DNA of 64,000 nt, taken from Bdellovibrionota bacterium (lineage in GTDB: Bacteria > Bdellovibrionota_G > JALEGL01 > DATDPG01). The stretch is taken from positions 59,570 through 123,569 of the forward strand of contig DATDPG010000019.1 in assembly GCA_035292885.1 (NCBI GenBank). The letters run 5' to 3'. Numbering within the stretch: position 1 is the first letter of the stretch; every line of letters begins with the position of its first letter. Shown here in pieces: positions 48,701 through 57,485 of this stretch. Made by a program: the position numbers and the translations under genes. The notes beneath the pieces were generated by a model. It did no database searches and was not told the DNA's origin. It saw only the letters and a list, made by a program, of their open reading frames with translations.

Positions 48701-49163
48701 TTTCGCCGGAGAGAATTCCACCCGCGTCTTCCAAATCGATGGCCAGTTCATCCGTTCCGAATCGTGTGCGTGTGGTGATGGTGGAACCGGAACCGTTCGT
48801 GATGACCGCAAGAATCGTCTTGGCCGTGACGCTGACCGTGTCGGTGCTTTCGGCATCGTGGAGAGAGAGTTTCAACACGTACGTGCCGGCCGCGTCCGCG
48901 ACAAAGCTGGTCGCGATTTCGGAACCGCCCGTCAGAGCGGCGGAAGAACCGTCGGGTTTCGATTCAAGCGTCCATATAATATTGCCGACGACCGTGCTTC
49001 CGGAACCGTCCAAATTCACGGTGTCGCCGATCAGGACCTTCTGGTCCTCGCCTGCGTTAGCGGCGGCGGTCCCTTCCGGATCGTCGTCGCATGCCGAAAC
49101 ACTGATCGCCACGGCGGCAGCCGCGAGAAGATTGATCATCCAAAGTCCCTTCGTGCTTTTCAT
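45720..49163 (-). CDS. 1147-aa cell-surface multiheme (8 CxxCH) lipoprotein cytochrome with PKD/Ig-like N-terminal domains and Cys-rich C-terminal region (OmcB-like position)
   Basis: RBS gagggagag. Signal with lipobox ISVSAC. Eight CxxCH motifs between roughly residues 420 and 830. C-terminal region with dozens of Cys. Last gene of the porin-cytochrome operon. Confidence 0.7.
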   Translation of the reverse strand: MKSTKGLWMINLLAAAAVAISVSACDDDPEGTAAANAGEDQKVLIGDTVNLDGSGSTVVGNIIWTLESKPDGSSAALTGGSEIATSFVADAAGTYVLKLSLHDAESTDTVSVTAKTILAVITNGSGSTITTRTRFGTDELAIDLEDAGGILSGENSRGSVVNYSWQQVSGPFATATAGSTSSTLPFTAPALKDFLTVGLREAEENAAHGGQSDEYKWQPLPVSIEDTKLYFRLTVDDGAGNSDSTTQVVYVQDAGAEIQRSSGLWTVPLNVPLYLQGPNSSVILEYTSTSTACNGSLPSTSTPTTRRAKPINDDWSWTLTPPDGSAAVFADSGTVASALQLPKFTPDVEGYYTVAYTATVDESAVGPDADGVRACGRVAPNCKYTSDGGVDHCTIVGSFRMYAGTYVGIGSITGDAARPECAGCHDGSAMPDKVGEWQGTNHSKLYENSYLAMSSLAPEPYLWGFETVGYNTSAANGGFDEAVASTGFDVSTQPGTYADFLADAPSVAALSGVQCENCHGPGSGHNGDATKIGVSASQTGICGQCHTQEAEWINSSHNMTGVSHGSASYQVSWLTNAACTRCHTSKGFINYVEGGEEALTPITEQEAFVGIGCAGCHDPHDATNEDQLRMHGELEMIIDESTVDAGKAAVCYKCHDGLYSFGEFSCDTNRDGVSDTLCETLEQNADYYTRQVHYNPQAPVLEGKGALLDLDKNGIDDVFTTGNSFHSEPGFILADVSGDPTLPTENRKCLTCHMAEGPDATEDGFRHLGGHSFNIMSGHGVGHLVGAEEEETVAGEAGELANISACTPCHTDLTEINREARGDYDGDGTIEGIQDEVTGLALLLSDAIKAYDDVNLGTCSVTTLDAGDCNANKKCTLAPYISCTAAGDTSCDAVKTCSAASTTIVADAQFCTSDAGCNLKKVNVTTVSATNYGPCGTITAGKCDQRSAYSCSKDEDCKIATTGTMYFGPCVTATNKCTIAKPRSTAGSTDEIECSTDNDCIVPDALGYSNFNGAGADARPCNTSGSSKNRCKEDTTISCGTVDPLDPTPTHDKCLSTCGAYIAGKCDNDLTTACTNAADCNPGVSVYPAGGAFKWARSDKIRRAIWNHNLVVRDGSMGVHNAGYEVGVLQGTYKVITGVAVPNATLR

Positions 49164-49189
49164 GTTTTCTCTCCCTCTCATGAAAGTTC

Positions 49190-49849
49190 TTACTGCGTAT
49201 GACATATGATGCAAGCCTGTCCATTGTCCGGATGCCGAAGCGGCGTATGGCAGCCCCGGCAATCCGCGTTAGGTAGATGGTTGACGTTGCTCGGTCGCCT
49301 CGGCGTGGCCATGTGAGCCGAGCTCGTTTGGTGGCACACCACGCACCTCTGTGCCCCATACGATTCCAGCGGGTAATGACAGTTCAGGCAGTGCCGATTT
49401 TGGGACGCCCCGAACCCGGCCATGTGATCGATCGGCTTCGTTTCCATATGGCACCGCTGGCAGAAGTCGGTCCGGTGGCACGTCATGCACTGCGATCGGT
49501 CGAAGCCCACCTGGAGCGCATGGCCGCGGAGGCGGAAGAATTGGTTGTGATTCGCCGGCGGCGTGATCTGGTGGCATTCCGAGCAGCTGGACTGCGTGTG
49601 GCAGAGGTTGCAGCTGTTCTTCGTGTCGAACCTAAACCGCTGCACCAGCGCGCCGTGCTCATGCTTGAACGTCAAATCGTGCCAGGCCGGTTTCGTGTCT
49701 TTGGTCATCCCGCCTTCGTGACATTCCGAACAGTCGCTGTCTCGCGCAACATCCGGGTGCTCCCACGTTGTGCCTTCGTCGCACCCTTTGTTGCCGAGAA
49801 AAAATGGGACCGCGAGCATTATTGTTAAAACAGACAACGATCGTCTGAT
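49190..49849 (-). CDS. nonaheme periplasmic c-type cytochrome (OmaB-like; paralog of the heptaheme 13308..13937)
   Basis: Nine CxxCH motifs. Shares the SCxxCH..SSCxxCH and FCxRCH patterns with the heptaheme gene. The 5' end is uncertain because the ORF extension runs into the 119-bp palindrome. Confidence 0.7.
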   Translation of the reverse strand: MRRSLSVLTIMLAVPFFLGNKGCDEGTTWEHPDVARDSDCSECHEGGMTKDTKPAWHDLTFKHEHGALVQRFRFDTKNSCNLCHTQSSCSECHQITPPANHNQFFRLRGHALQVGFDRSQCMTCHRTDFCQRCHMETKPIDHMAGFGASQNRHCLNCHYPLESYGAQRCVVCHQTSSAHMATPRRPSNVNHLPNADCRGCHTPLRHPDNGQACIICHTQ

Positions 49850-49851
49850 GG

Positions 49852-49970
49852 GGTGCCAAGAAAATACGTTCGGGCTCCGGTCCCGACGGTACCCCCCAAG
49901 TCCATGCTCGAGACTGCGCGTGGACTTGGGTGTCCCCGTCGGGCCACCCGAACGTATTTTCTTGGCACCC
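49852..49970. repeat. 119-bp near-perfect palindrome between porin and nonaheme cytochrome genes
   Basis: Arms gggtgccaagaaaatacgttcggg (49852-49875) and cccgaacgtattttcttggcaccc (49947-49970) are exact reverse complements. Nested inner arms cccgacgg/ccgtcggg and aagtcca/tggactt. Starts 1 nt after the porin stop. Confidence 0.7.
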
Positions 49971-49971
49971 T

Positions 49972-51312
49972 TCAAAAGTTCCAAGCGACCCTCACATCCA
50001 ACGTATGGAAATTGTCCAGGTCACTGGTTTCAAATTCGTACCCGAGCCGCCCCTCAAAGTCTTTGAGAAACTTCACGGTTCCCCGCGCATAGTACGTTTG
50101 GACGTTGTCCGATTCGTTCCCGGCTAAAAGGTTATATCGATAGAGGTAGAAAGCTGTTCCGGCCGTCAGCCGCAGCTTCCGCTTCAACAGGTCTTGGGCG
50201 ATGGAGAAAGATGTCCCGTACGTATCGTTCTGAAGTTCGTTGTCCTGTCCCAAATAGTAATCGCCGGTTAACGAAAGGCTCATGCCGTCGAGCGGCCATT
50301 CGATCGTTGACCCCGTCAAAAAGAACCGCTGAAAACCGTGATTGAACGCACTGGCGACCTGCTCTTCAATCAAAATACGGAATGCATACCCCGCATCCAG
50401 GGCAAAATGCTCGCCGATCCCCTTCATCCCGGTGAAGGCCATTTCGTAATACGGTTTGTATTCCCCGGCGAACGAATACGGATCCAGATCGATCACGCGG
50501 ACACCGTACGACTCGAGGAGACTGAAGAAGTGAAACTGGAGAGAAAGGTTCTGTTCGATGAATCGGTACCGGGTGTCGAGGGCCAAGTCCCGGACTTGAT
50601 CCAAGAACGATGTAAACCTCGAGGAAATCATGAGCCCCGGCTGGGCGTCCCACCAAACGCTCAGGCCGAAGAGATCATCTTCGATGTCACCGACGTTCGC
50701 CCGGAAGCCGGTGAAGTCATCCTTCAAATGAACGTAATCGAAACGGGCCCGAACCACCTTGACCGGATCGATCTCAAACGCTCCGCCGGCGACAAAATCG
50801 CCGCTGTCGGAACCGGTTTCCGTTTCGTAGAAATGGACCGGAACGCCGCCGTACGACATCAGCTTGAACCCTTTGGCTTCCCGCCACTGAAGGGAGAGGC
50901 CGTCGAAGTACAGCGACTCGAATTCCTGCCGGAACTGCCGTCCCGCGCGAAGCCGATCGAATACGCCGAGGTTGTTGGCGTCGAGGTAGGCGTGGTAGAT
51001 CCGCCCCGCGGCGCCGGTGTTGAAGGAGTCGTACACGCCATTGAACGTGGAATCCGAACTGTCGCCGTCCAGGTCGAAAATCCCGCCGGCCTGCAGGGAA
51101 ACCGCCACGCGGTCGTTCAAAGGCTCGCCCATGTTGAGCGAAAGAAGCGTTTCAAGATCCTGATCGCTGGTATCGGCGGTGGCGCGCAGTTTGTAACGGG
51201 TGCTGATGGAACCGAAAATATTGGAGTCTTCCGCGATCGCCGCATCGCAATAGACATACGCCCCAAAAAGGAGAAGCGTACATCCCAACCGACGGCGGCG
51301 AGAGGCGAGCAT
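49972..51312 (-). CDS. outer-membrane beta-barrel protein, candidate porin of the second porin-cytochrome conduit
   Basis: Signal MLASRRRRLGCTLLLFGAYVYCDAAIA. 446 aa. Amphipathic beta pattern. C-terminal VRVAWNF. Confidence 0.55.
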   Translation of the reverse strand: MLASRRRRLGCTLLLFGAYVYCDAAIAEDSNIFGSISTRYKLRATADTSDQDLETLLSLNMGEPLNDRVAVSLQAGGIFDLDGDSSDSTFNGVYDSFNTGAAGRIYHAYLDANNLGVFDRLRAGRQFRQEFESLYFDGLSLQWREAKGFKLMSYGGVPVHFYETETGSDSGDFVAGGAFEIDPVKVVRARFDYVHLKDDFTGFRANVGDIEDDLFGLSVWWDAQPGLMISSRFTSFLDQVRDLALDTRYRFIEQNLSLQFHFFSLLESYGVRVIDLDPYSFAGEYKPYYEMAFTGMKGIGEHFALDAGYAFRILIEEQVASAFNHGFQRFFLTGSTIEWPLDGMSLSLTGDYYLGQDNELQNDTYGTSFSIAQDLLKRKLRLTAGTAFYLYRYNLLAGNESDNVQTYYARGTVKFLKDFEGRLGYEFETSDLDNFHTLDVRVAWNF

Positions 51313-51973
51313 GATAAATCAACCTACAATGTGAATCGTCCCCATACGGATTCCATGACGTAAATCAAGTTGCTGAATATTTCTCAACTTCTTGATGATT
51401 CCAAGAATAATCTCACAATCAACGCGGGCAGCCGCAAAGGATCCAGAATTTCCTCTCTTGGCGGTTTCGACGAAATCCCGCGTGATGGCGGCAGGGAGCG
51501 GGTGGATTTTCGATACAGGCGGGCGAACCGCCGAGCGGGCAATCTTCGCGCAAAGCTGTGGAAAAAGGGTCTTCCGGCCGCATCAGCTGAAGAACGCCGT
51601 TGAAGGCGAAACCGTGCGTCGCCAAAACAACGACCTTTCCTTCTTTTTCGGCCATGCGGGTTCCCGGTTTCTCGAAAACTCATTATCACCGATCATCACG
51701 CCGAAGAATAGGACTGAAATCAGGATTGGAACGCTTGGACCGCCGACCAAAGGGCGAACCCGAAAAAAAGCGCCGCGGCCACCCATCGGACCCACTTCAT
51801 TTTGATCTTTTCGGCCATTCGGTCGCCCAAATAGACGGCCAGACCGCCAGCTCCGACGACCGGGCGGAATTCGTGCGTAGGAACGTCAACTCGTCCGATT
51901 TTCTCAAATCCGTACTCATTTGAGAGGCGTCGAAGGCTCTCATTGTGCTACTCTCCACTCGACGACGAATCCC

Positions 51974-52660
51974 ATGGGCCAGAACGAACGACGAATCCAC
52001 ACACGGCTTCAGCTGAGCGAGGAGGTCCGGGCCTCCACTCCCAAAGGCTTTCTGACAGGCTACCTCCGAGATGTCTCCAAAGGGGGCGCGGGAGTCGTCT
52101 TCGAAGAGAGCGTCGGGGATGTCGGGGAAACGATCGAGATTTTTCTCCCCTTCCCCGGCGGCGTGGAGATCGCCGTGATGGCGGAGATTGTCCGAATCCA
52201 AGAAACCCAGGGCGGTCTCTTGCACGGCCTCTGCTTCAGCCTCGTTGAACCTTCGATGCAGGAAAAACTTCTGACGCTCGTCGAGACCCTCCTCGCCGGA
52301 TCGGGGGGAAAGCGACGGGAGCACCCGCGCGTCTCCAAGAGAATTCCGATCCGCTACGGGAACCAGGCGGAGTTTCAAGCCGGCCTCCAAACGATCTCCA
52401 TGGGTGGGTTGTCGATGATGATCGACACTCCCGTGGTTCTCTTCCAAGAGGTCGAAGTCTCCATTCCGGACGTCAGCGGTCGCGAACTTCTCATCCTCCC
52501 CGCCCGGGTGATCTACCAGCACAACCTCGAGAAAAGTGGAAAGAAGCAGTATGAGGTCGGTCTTCAGTTCCGTGAACTGACGGGTCCGCAGAAGGCCTGC
52601 CTCGCCGAACTCCTCCGCTACGTGATGGATACACCGGCCGACGCCACAGGTTCCAAGTGA
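51974..52660 (+). CDS. tandem PilZ-domain protein (putative c-di-GMP receptor)
   Basis: RRIHTRLQL...DVSKGGAGV and RREHPRVSKRIP...TISMGGLSM motifs. Confidence 0.6.
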   Translation: MGQNERRIHTRLQLSEEVRASTPKGFLTGYLRDVSKGGAGVVFEESVGDVGETIEIFLPFPGGVEIAVMAEIVRIQETQGGLLHGLCFSLVEPSMQEKLLTLVETLLAGSGGKRREHPRVSKRIPIRYGNQAEFQAGLQTISMGGLSMMIDTPVVLFQEVEVSIPDVSGRELLILPARVIYQHNLEKSGKKQYEVGLQFRELTGPQKACLAELLRYVMDTPADATGSK

Positions 52661-52960
52661 CTCCGTAAGCCATTTTGCGACGGCGTCCGCCTGGCCTCAC
52701 CGGGCCAAGCTTCGAACTCGGGAATTTCTAACGACCCTATACATGATGAAGATCATGTACAGACTCTCCCGACGAGAGTGTTATTGCGCGCAGGTTTAGT
52801 AGCTTCGGAGGCGTACGTCGGCTTGGGAGAAGCTGATCCACAAGATTGACTTTGAGACCCAAGAGGCATACGCCTTCGCGCGATCCGTGTGGAACGCCGA
52901 TGGCGGCCCGCACGATATTTTTCAATAAAACTCAATATTTGATTTTGGAGGAACGTACAA

Positions 52961-54211
52961 ATGCCAGAGCTCAATCCGTTTAAAATTGCTCAGCAACAGT
53001 TCGATGAGGCGGCCGAAAAGCTCGGCCTCGACAGCGCTACGCGAGAACTTCTCCGGTGGCCGATGACCGAAACGATCGTCAGCATCCCCGTCCGGATGGA
53101 CGACGGAACGACGAAAGTGTTTCGGGGGTATCGCGTTCAATACAACGGGTCCCGTGGGCCGACAAAAGGCGGCCTTCGGTGGCATCCGGAAGAGACGATC
53201 GACACCGTGCGAGCCCTGGCGGCATGGATGACCTGGAAGACCGCGTGCGTCGATATTCCTCTCGGCGGCGCAAAAGGCGGCGTTACCTGCAATCCGAAGG
53301 CGATGTCGACGAATGAAAAAGAGCGTCTGGCGCGCGGCTATATCCGCGCCGTCTCTCGTCAGCTGGGCGTCATGAAGGATGTTCCGGCGCCCGACGTCTA
53401 CACGACGCCGCAAATCATGGGTTGGATGATGGATGAGTTCGAGACGATCGTCGGCGAGCATCATCCGGGCGTCATCACCGGGAAACCGTTGCCGTTAGGC
53501 GGCTCCGAAGGTCGCGGCGATGCAACGGCTCGCGGCGGAATTTATTGCGTCCGCGAAGCGGCCAAGAAAATCGGCCTCGATCCAGCCAAGGCGACTTACG
53601 CCATCCAGGGATTCGGCAACGCCGGCCAATTTGCGGCGACGTTGCATAAGGAAGTCCTCGGCGGCGGCCGGCTGCTCGCGGCCAGCGACTCCCGCGGCGG
53701 CGTCACGAGCCCGGACGGCATGAATCCGGAGGCTCTGGTGAAGTTCAAGAATGAAACCGGCAGTGTCGTCGGATTCCCGAATACGAAGCCGATTTCGAAC
53801 GAGGAACTTCTGGTCATGAAATGCGATGTCCTCTATCCGTCGGCGCTGGAGAATGTCATCACGAGTCAAAACGCCGCGAACATCAAGGCGAAGATCGTTT
53901 GCGAGCTGGCGAACGGCCCGACGACGCCGGAAGCGGACACGATTCTGTTCAAGAATAATGTGTTCGTTCTCCCGGACTTCATGGCCAATGCCGGAGGCGT
54001 GACGGTCTCTTATTTTGAGCAGGTCCAGAATACGTACAACTATTACTGGCCGATCCAAGACGTCCATCAGCAGTTGGATCGAAAGATGACCGACGCGTTC
54101 AACGCGGTGTACGAGACCTCGCAGAAGAAAAAAGTCCACATGAGGCTGGCTGCATATATGGTGGCCGTGGCGCGCGTGGCGGAGGCCTGCAAGCTGCGCG
54201 GCTGGGTCTAA
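52961..54211 (+). CDS. gdhA: glutamate dehydrogenase (Glu/Leu/Phe/Val dehydrogenase family)
   Basis: KGGLRWHP, DIPLGGAKGG and GFGNAG signatures. RBS ggagg. Confidence 0.9.
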   Translation: MPELNPFKIAQQQFDEAAEKLGLDSATRELLRWPMTETIVSIPVRMDDGTTKVFRGYRVQYNGSRGPTKGGLRWHPEETIDTVRALAAWMTWKTACVDIPLGGAKGGVTCNPKAMSTNEKERLARGYIRAVSRQLGVMKDVPAPDVYTTPQIMGWMMDEFETIVGEHHPGVITGKPLPLGGSEGRGDATARGGIYCVREAAKKIGLDPAKATYAIQGFGNAGQFAATLHKEVLGGGRLLAASDSRGGVTSPDGMNPEALVKFKNETGSVVGFPNTKPISNEELLVMKCDVLYPSALENVITSQNAANIKAKIVCELANGPTTPEADTILFKNNVFVLPDFMANAGGVTVSYFEQVQNTYNYYWPIQDVHQQLDRKMTDAFNAVYETSQKKKVHMRLAAYMVAVARVAEACKLRGWV

Positions 54212-54214
54212 TTA

Positions 54215-54381
54215 AGCGTCCCGAGCCCGACATATCTTGATAGTCGGCCGCCGCTGCATCCCGGTTGGCTGCGTTGCTCCCCCTCGACGTACAGCTTTGC
54301 AAGTACGCCGTCGTCGTCGCGCCTTGCCAACCGGGCGCATCGGCGTCCTTTGTTATCAATCTATCTCGGGCTCGGGACGCT
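54215..54381. mobile_element. 167-bp MITE-like palindromic element, copy A
   Basis: Terminal inverted repeats agcgtcccgagcccga / tcgggctcgggacgct. Internally an imperfect long hairpin. About 94% identical to the reverse complement of the element at 63140..63306. Begins 3 nt after the gdhA stop. Confidence 0.6.
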
Positions 54382-54442
54382 AGCGTTCCATAAGGGAACA
54401 CGGCGTTCTTTGCGGCGCCGGGTGGAATGTTATCATGCCGAT

Positions 54443-56827
54443 ATGCCCACCCGGCGCCGTCGTTTATCTCCTTCGAAATCGGCTCGTAAACGGCCTCCTC
54501 AGACTGAATCGAGTCGAGTCATTCAGCGCTATCTGCGCCGGTATCCGGGGCTCCGCGCCCGAATCATTCAGAATTTTCTCGTCCGCCTTCATTCCCAAGG
54601 GATCGTTTCGGTGGACGAAGTCTACCGGATTGCACTCGGGAAATCGGCGCTTCGGCAGCAGATCAAACACCGAGTCGCCATGAACATCGATACGGCCGTT
54701 CAATGGACGCGGACGGAACGGAACGCCGTATGGAAAACCGTTTTGTCGTACGCCGAGCGGCACTTTTCTCCGGAAGAAATTCACGATCTGGTCGGCGTGA
54801 CGGTCAAACGGGAAGAAGCGCAGAATCTTCAAGACATCGCCGGTCTTCCGGGAATTTCCTTCGAAATTCTTAAACGCAGGGTCGCGGATTTCTGCAAGCT
54901 TCCGCGGACCATCATTTCCCTGCCGCCTTCCGATCTGGTGGCGACCCGCGTCGCCCTCATGCGGCAGTTTGTCAGCGATCACATTGATTTTCTTACGGTC
55001 GCACGAAACTACGTCCAGGTGCGGGACCTGGACGTCGTCGCCCAGCGAATCATCGGTCCGAGGGAAGGAATGGGGCGGATCGGCGGGAAAGCGGCCGGCC
55101 TGCTTCTGGCCGACAAGATTTTACGCCAGCATTACCAGAACGCGGGAAGAGAGCCTCTGATGCCGCTCAAGACACCCGACTCATATTATTTGCGGTCCGA
55201 TTTGAACGACGAGTTCGTCCGCCGGAACGGCCTCATGGAATACGCGAGCCAGAAATACAAATCGCAGGAGGCGATCGAAGCCGATTACCCCCTGCTCCGG
55301 GAGCTTTTTCACGCCGGTTCATTCCCTCCCGAAGTCGTCTCCCGCATTCGAAAATTGCTGGAGAAACTCGGACCCACGCCGTTGATCGTCCGTTCCTCCA
55401 GTTTGTTGGAAGACAGCCTCGGCGCCGCGTTTTCCGGGAAATACCGGAGCATCTTTCTGGCGAATCAGGGCTCCCTTTCCAATCGACTGATTCGCTTTTT
55501 GAGCGCCGTAAAGGAGGTTTACGCGGGCGTGCTCTCGGCCGATCCACTGGTCTACCGGCGGGAGCGGGATCTAATCGACTACGACGAATTCATGGCGATT
55601 CTGATTCAACCGGTCGTGGGAAGGACGTATCGGCACTATTATTTTCCACTTTTCGCCGGCGTGGCGTTTTCGCGAAACGATTACTACCGGTGGGACCGCC
55701 GAATTCGCCGCGAGGACGGCTTGGTCCGCCTCGTCGCGGGGCTCGGCACACGCGCCGTGGACCGTGTCAGCGCGGAGTATCCGAGAATGATCGCCCTCAC
55801 GGTCCCGTCGCTCCGTCCCCAAGGGGACGTGGACGAGATCTGTCGCCAGTCTCAGCGCCGCGTGGATGTCGTGAATCTTAGAACGAACAGATTTGAAACA
55901 CTCAATTTTACCGACGCGATCGAGGCGGAACCCCCGCCGAATTTCGATCTGGTGGCTTCCATTGTAGAAGAGGAAGCCTTGCGACCGATCGTCGGAAATT
56001 TCGTGGATACCTCCCGACAATCGATCTGCCTGACGTTTGACAAATTGATTGAATCGACGCCGTTCGCGCCTCACATGCGTGAGGTGTTAAGCGTCTTGGA
56101 AAAGGGCTACGGATGCCCGGTGGACATCGAGTTCGCCAGCGATGGAAAAGATTTTTATCTGCTTCAATGCCGGCCGTTGGCGCAGAAAATCGAAGCTAGC
56201 CGTGTGCGCGTTCCGACGGACGTCGAGCCGAAGCGGGTTCTGTTCAACGCCCAGCGTGACGTGATGAACGGCATCGTGCGAAATATTGAATACATTGTTT
56301 ATGTTCCGGCCGAAGCGTACGACGACGTCTCTGATCTGACGACGAAACAGATGATCGGCCGCGTGGTGGGGCAGCTGAACCAGAAACTGCACGGCTCCAG
56401 ATTCATCTTGCTCGGTCCGGGACGCTGGGGATCCAACGACATCAATCTGGGCGTGCGCGTGAATTACGCCGACATTCGAAACAGCCGCGCTCTCATCGAG
56501 GTGGCTCATGAGAAGGACGGTTACGTTCCCGAAGTTTCGTTCGGCACACACTTCTTTCAAGATCTTGTGGAATCCGGAATCAGTTACCTGCCGCTCTATC
56601 CGGATGAGCCGGGCGGAATCTTCAATGCGGATTTTCTTCTGAATTCACCGAACCGCTTGCCGAAACTGTTGCCCAACCACAAGAGTTTTGCCCCGATAGT
56701 GCGGGCCATTCATGTCCCTGAAGTGGCGGAAGGCGAGTACGCCCATTTGCTGATGGACGGCGAGAATGAATTGGCGCTCTGTTATCTGGGCCCGATGCAG
56801 AGGGAAGAGGCGTCGACGCAGGCGTAG
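54443..56827 (+). CDS. PEP/pyruvate-binding (PPDK_N / PpsA N-terminal ATP-grasp-like) domain protein with N-terminal unknown domain
   Basis: GGKAAGLLLAD...LIVRSSSLLEDSLGAAFSGKYRSIFL matches the nucleotide-binding domain of PEP synthase/PPDK. No phospho-His swivel domain seen. Start set at the first ATG downstream of the MITE. Confidence 0.6.
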   Translation: MPTRRRRLSPSKSARKRPPQTESSRVIQRYLRRYPGLRARIIQNFLVRLHSQGIVSVDEVYRIALGKSALRQQIKHRVAMNIDTAVQWTRTERNAVWKTVLSYAERHFSPEEIHDLVGVTVKREEAQNLQDIAGLPGISFEILKRRVADFCKLPRTIISLPPSDLVATRVALMRQFVSDHIDFLTVARNYVQVRDLDVVAQRIIGPREGMGRIGGKAAGLLLADKILRQHYQNAGREPLMPLKTPDSYYLRSDLNDEFVRRNGLMEYASQKYKSQEAIEADYPLLRELFHAGSFPPEVVSRIRKLLEKLGPTPLIVRSSSLLEDSLGAAFSGKYRSIFLANQGSLSNRLIRFLSAVKEVYAGVLSADPLVYRRERDLIDYDEFMAILIQPVVGRTYRHYYFPLFAGVAFSRNDYYRWDRRIRREDGLVRLVAGLGTRAVDRVSAEYPRMIALTVPSLRPQGDVDEICRQSQRRVDVVNLRTNRFETLNFTDAIEAEPPPNFDLVASIVEEEALRPIVGNFVDTSRQSICLTFDKLIESTPFAPHMREVLSVLEKGYGCPVDIEFASDGKDFYLLQCRPLAQKIEASRVRVPTDVEPKRVLFNAQRDVMNGIVRNIEYIVYVPAEAYDDVSDLTTKQMIGRVVGQLNQKLHGSRFILLGPGRWGSNDINLGVRVNYADIRNSRALIEVAHEKDGYVPEVSFGTHFFQDLVESGISYLPLYPDEPGGIFNADFLLNSPNRLPKLLPNHKSFAPIVRAIHVPEVAEGEYAHLLMDGENELALCYLGPMQREEASTQA

Positions 56828-56836
56828 CGGCAAGCG
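56732..56836. repeat. direct repeat copy 1 (3' end of the PEP-binding-domain gene)
   Basis: About 105 bp (ggcgagtacgcccatttgctgatggacggcgagaatgaattggcgctctg...) repeated at 57486..57590 with about 7 mismatches. Confidence 0.7.
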
Positions 56837-56861
56837 TGGAGTTCGCGATCGGGAAACCCGG

Positions 56862-57143
56862 TCAGCTGATTTTTTCTTTCTCCGCCATCCGCCCGCTTAC
56901 AAACTTGTAAAGTACGCTTGAAATCAGCGTCTGATAAGGTATCCCTTCTTCCGCCGCCTTCACCCGAAGCCGCTCCAGCACCTGAGACGGAATTCTTATA
57001 TTCACCCTCTTGTCTTTGGCGAGCGTAGCGCGGGCGTATTTTTGGTATTTAGATTTTTCCCTTCTCAGTGAACGAACGGAACGCCATTCGTCTCGATCAT
57101 AAGAATCAAGAATCTCCTTCTCCTCTATATTTGGATGCTTCAT
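56862..57143 (-). CDS. brnA: BrnA-like RHH antitoxin
   Basis: ...RVNIRIPSQVLERLRVKAAEEGIPYQTLISSVLYKFV typical of BrnA/CopG antitoxins. Confidence 0.65.
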   Translation of the reverse strand: MKHPNIEEKEILDSYDRDEWRSVRSLRREKSKYQKYARATLAKDKRVNIRIPSQVLERLRVKAAEEGIPYQTLISSVLYKFVSGRMAEKEKIS

Positions 57144-57421
57144 TTGCGTCCCTTTCGTATATATATTCGGGTAGCCTTACGACTCGGAATGATGGTTTTA
57201 AACACGATTTCTGCGCCCTTTTCTTCAAAGGGGACCAAACATGCGTAACCGTTGATATCGAGGACGAAAATTCGCTGAAAAGGGTACTTCGCCTTATTGG
57301 GATGTTCCAAGATATCGAGAACACCTCCTCTTTCAATGACCAAAACCGCTTCCTCGAAGGAAATTTCTCGTTGGCTCTTAAGGCTCGCATTCTTCCCCGG
57401 ATCCCACGTAAAAACCTTCAC
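57140..57421 (-). CDS. brnT: BrnT-like (DUF497) ribonuclease toxin
   Basis: MKVFTWDPGKNASLKSQREISFEEA matches the BrnT N-terminal signature. GTG start. 4-nt overlap with brnA. Confidence 0.65.
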   Translation of the reverse strand: MKVFTWDPGKNASLKSQREISFEEAVLVIERGGVLDILEHPNKAKYPFQRIFVLDINGYACLVPFEEKGAEIVFKTIIPSRKATRIYIRKGRK

Positions 57422-57485
57422 TGTTGCTAATTGTAAGACAATGTGTGCCTAACGTCAACAACACTCTGGGCTAGTCGTCGCAGCC

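Noticed and set aside
49853-50127. Plus-strand ORFs 49853..50092 and 49930..50127
   Set aside because: These are artefacts of the 119-bp palindrome. The same peptide (PNVFSWHP) appears in both orientations.
51419-51655. 78-aa minus-strand ORF (MAEKEGKVVVLATHGFAFNG...) in the 600-bp intergenic region
   Set aside because: No start context, no domain and Arg-rich. It is possibly a gene remnant, but there is not enough evidence to call it a CDS or pseudogene.
51797-52522. 241-aa minus-strand ORF overlapping the tandem-PilZ gene
   Set aside because: Antisense shadow. The plus-strand frame has clear RxxxR...D/NxSxGG PilZ motifs.
54350-54442. ORF-track start of the PEP-binding gene at 54350
   Set aside because: The first 31 codons lie inside the MITE-like element. 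The first ATG beyond it (54443, MPTRRRR) is preferred, although the true start is unverified.
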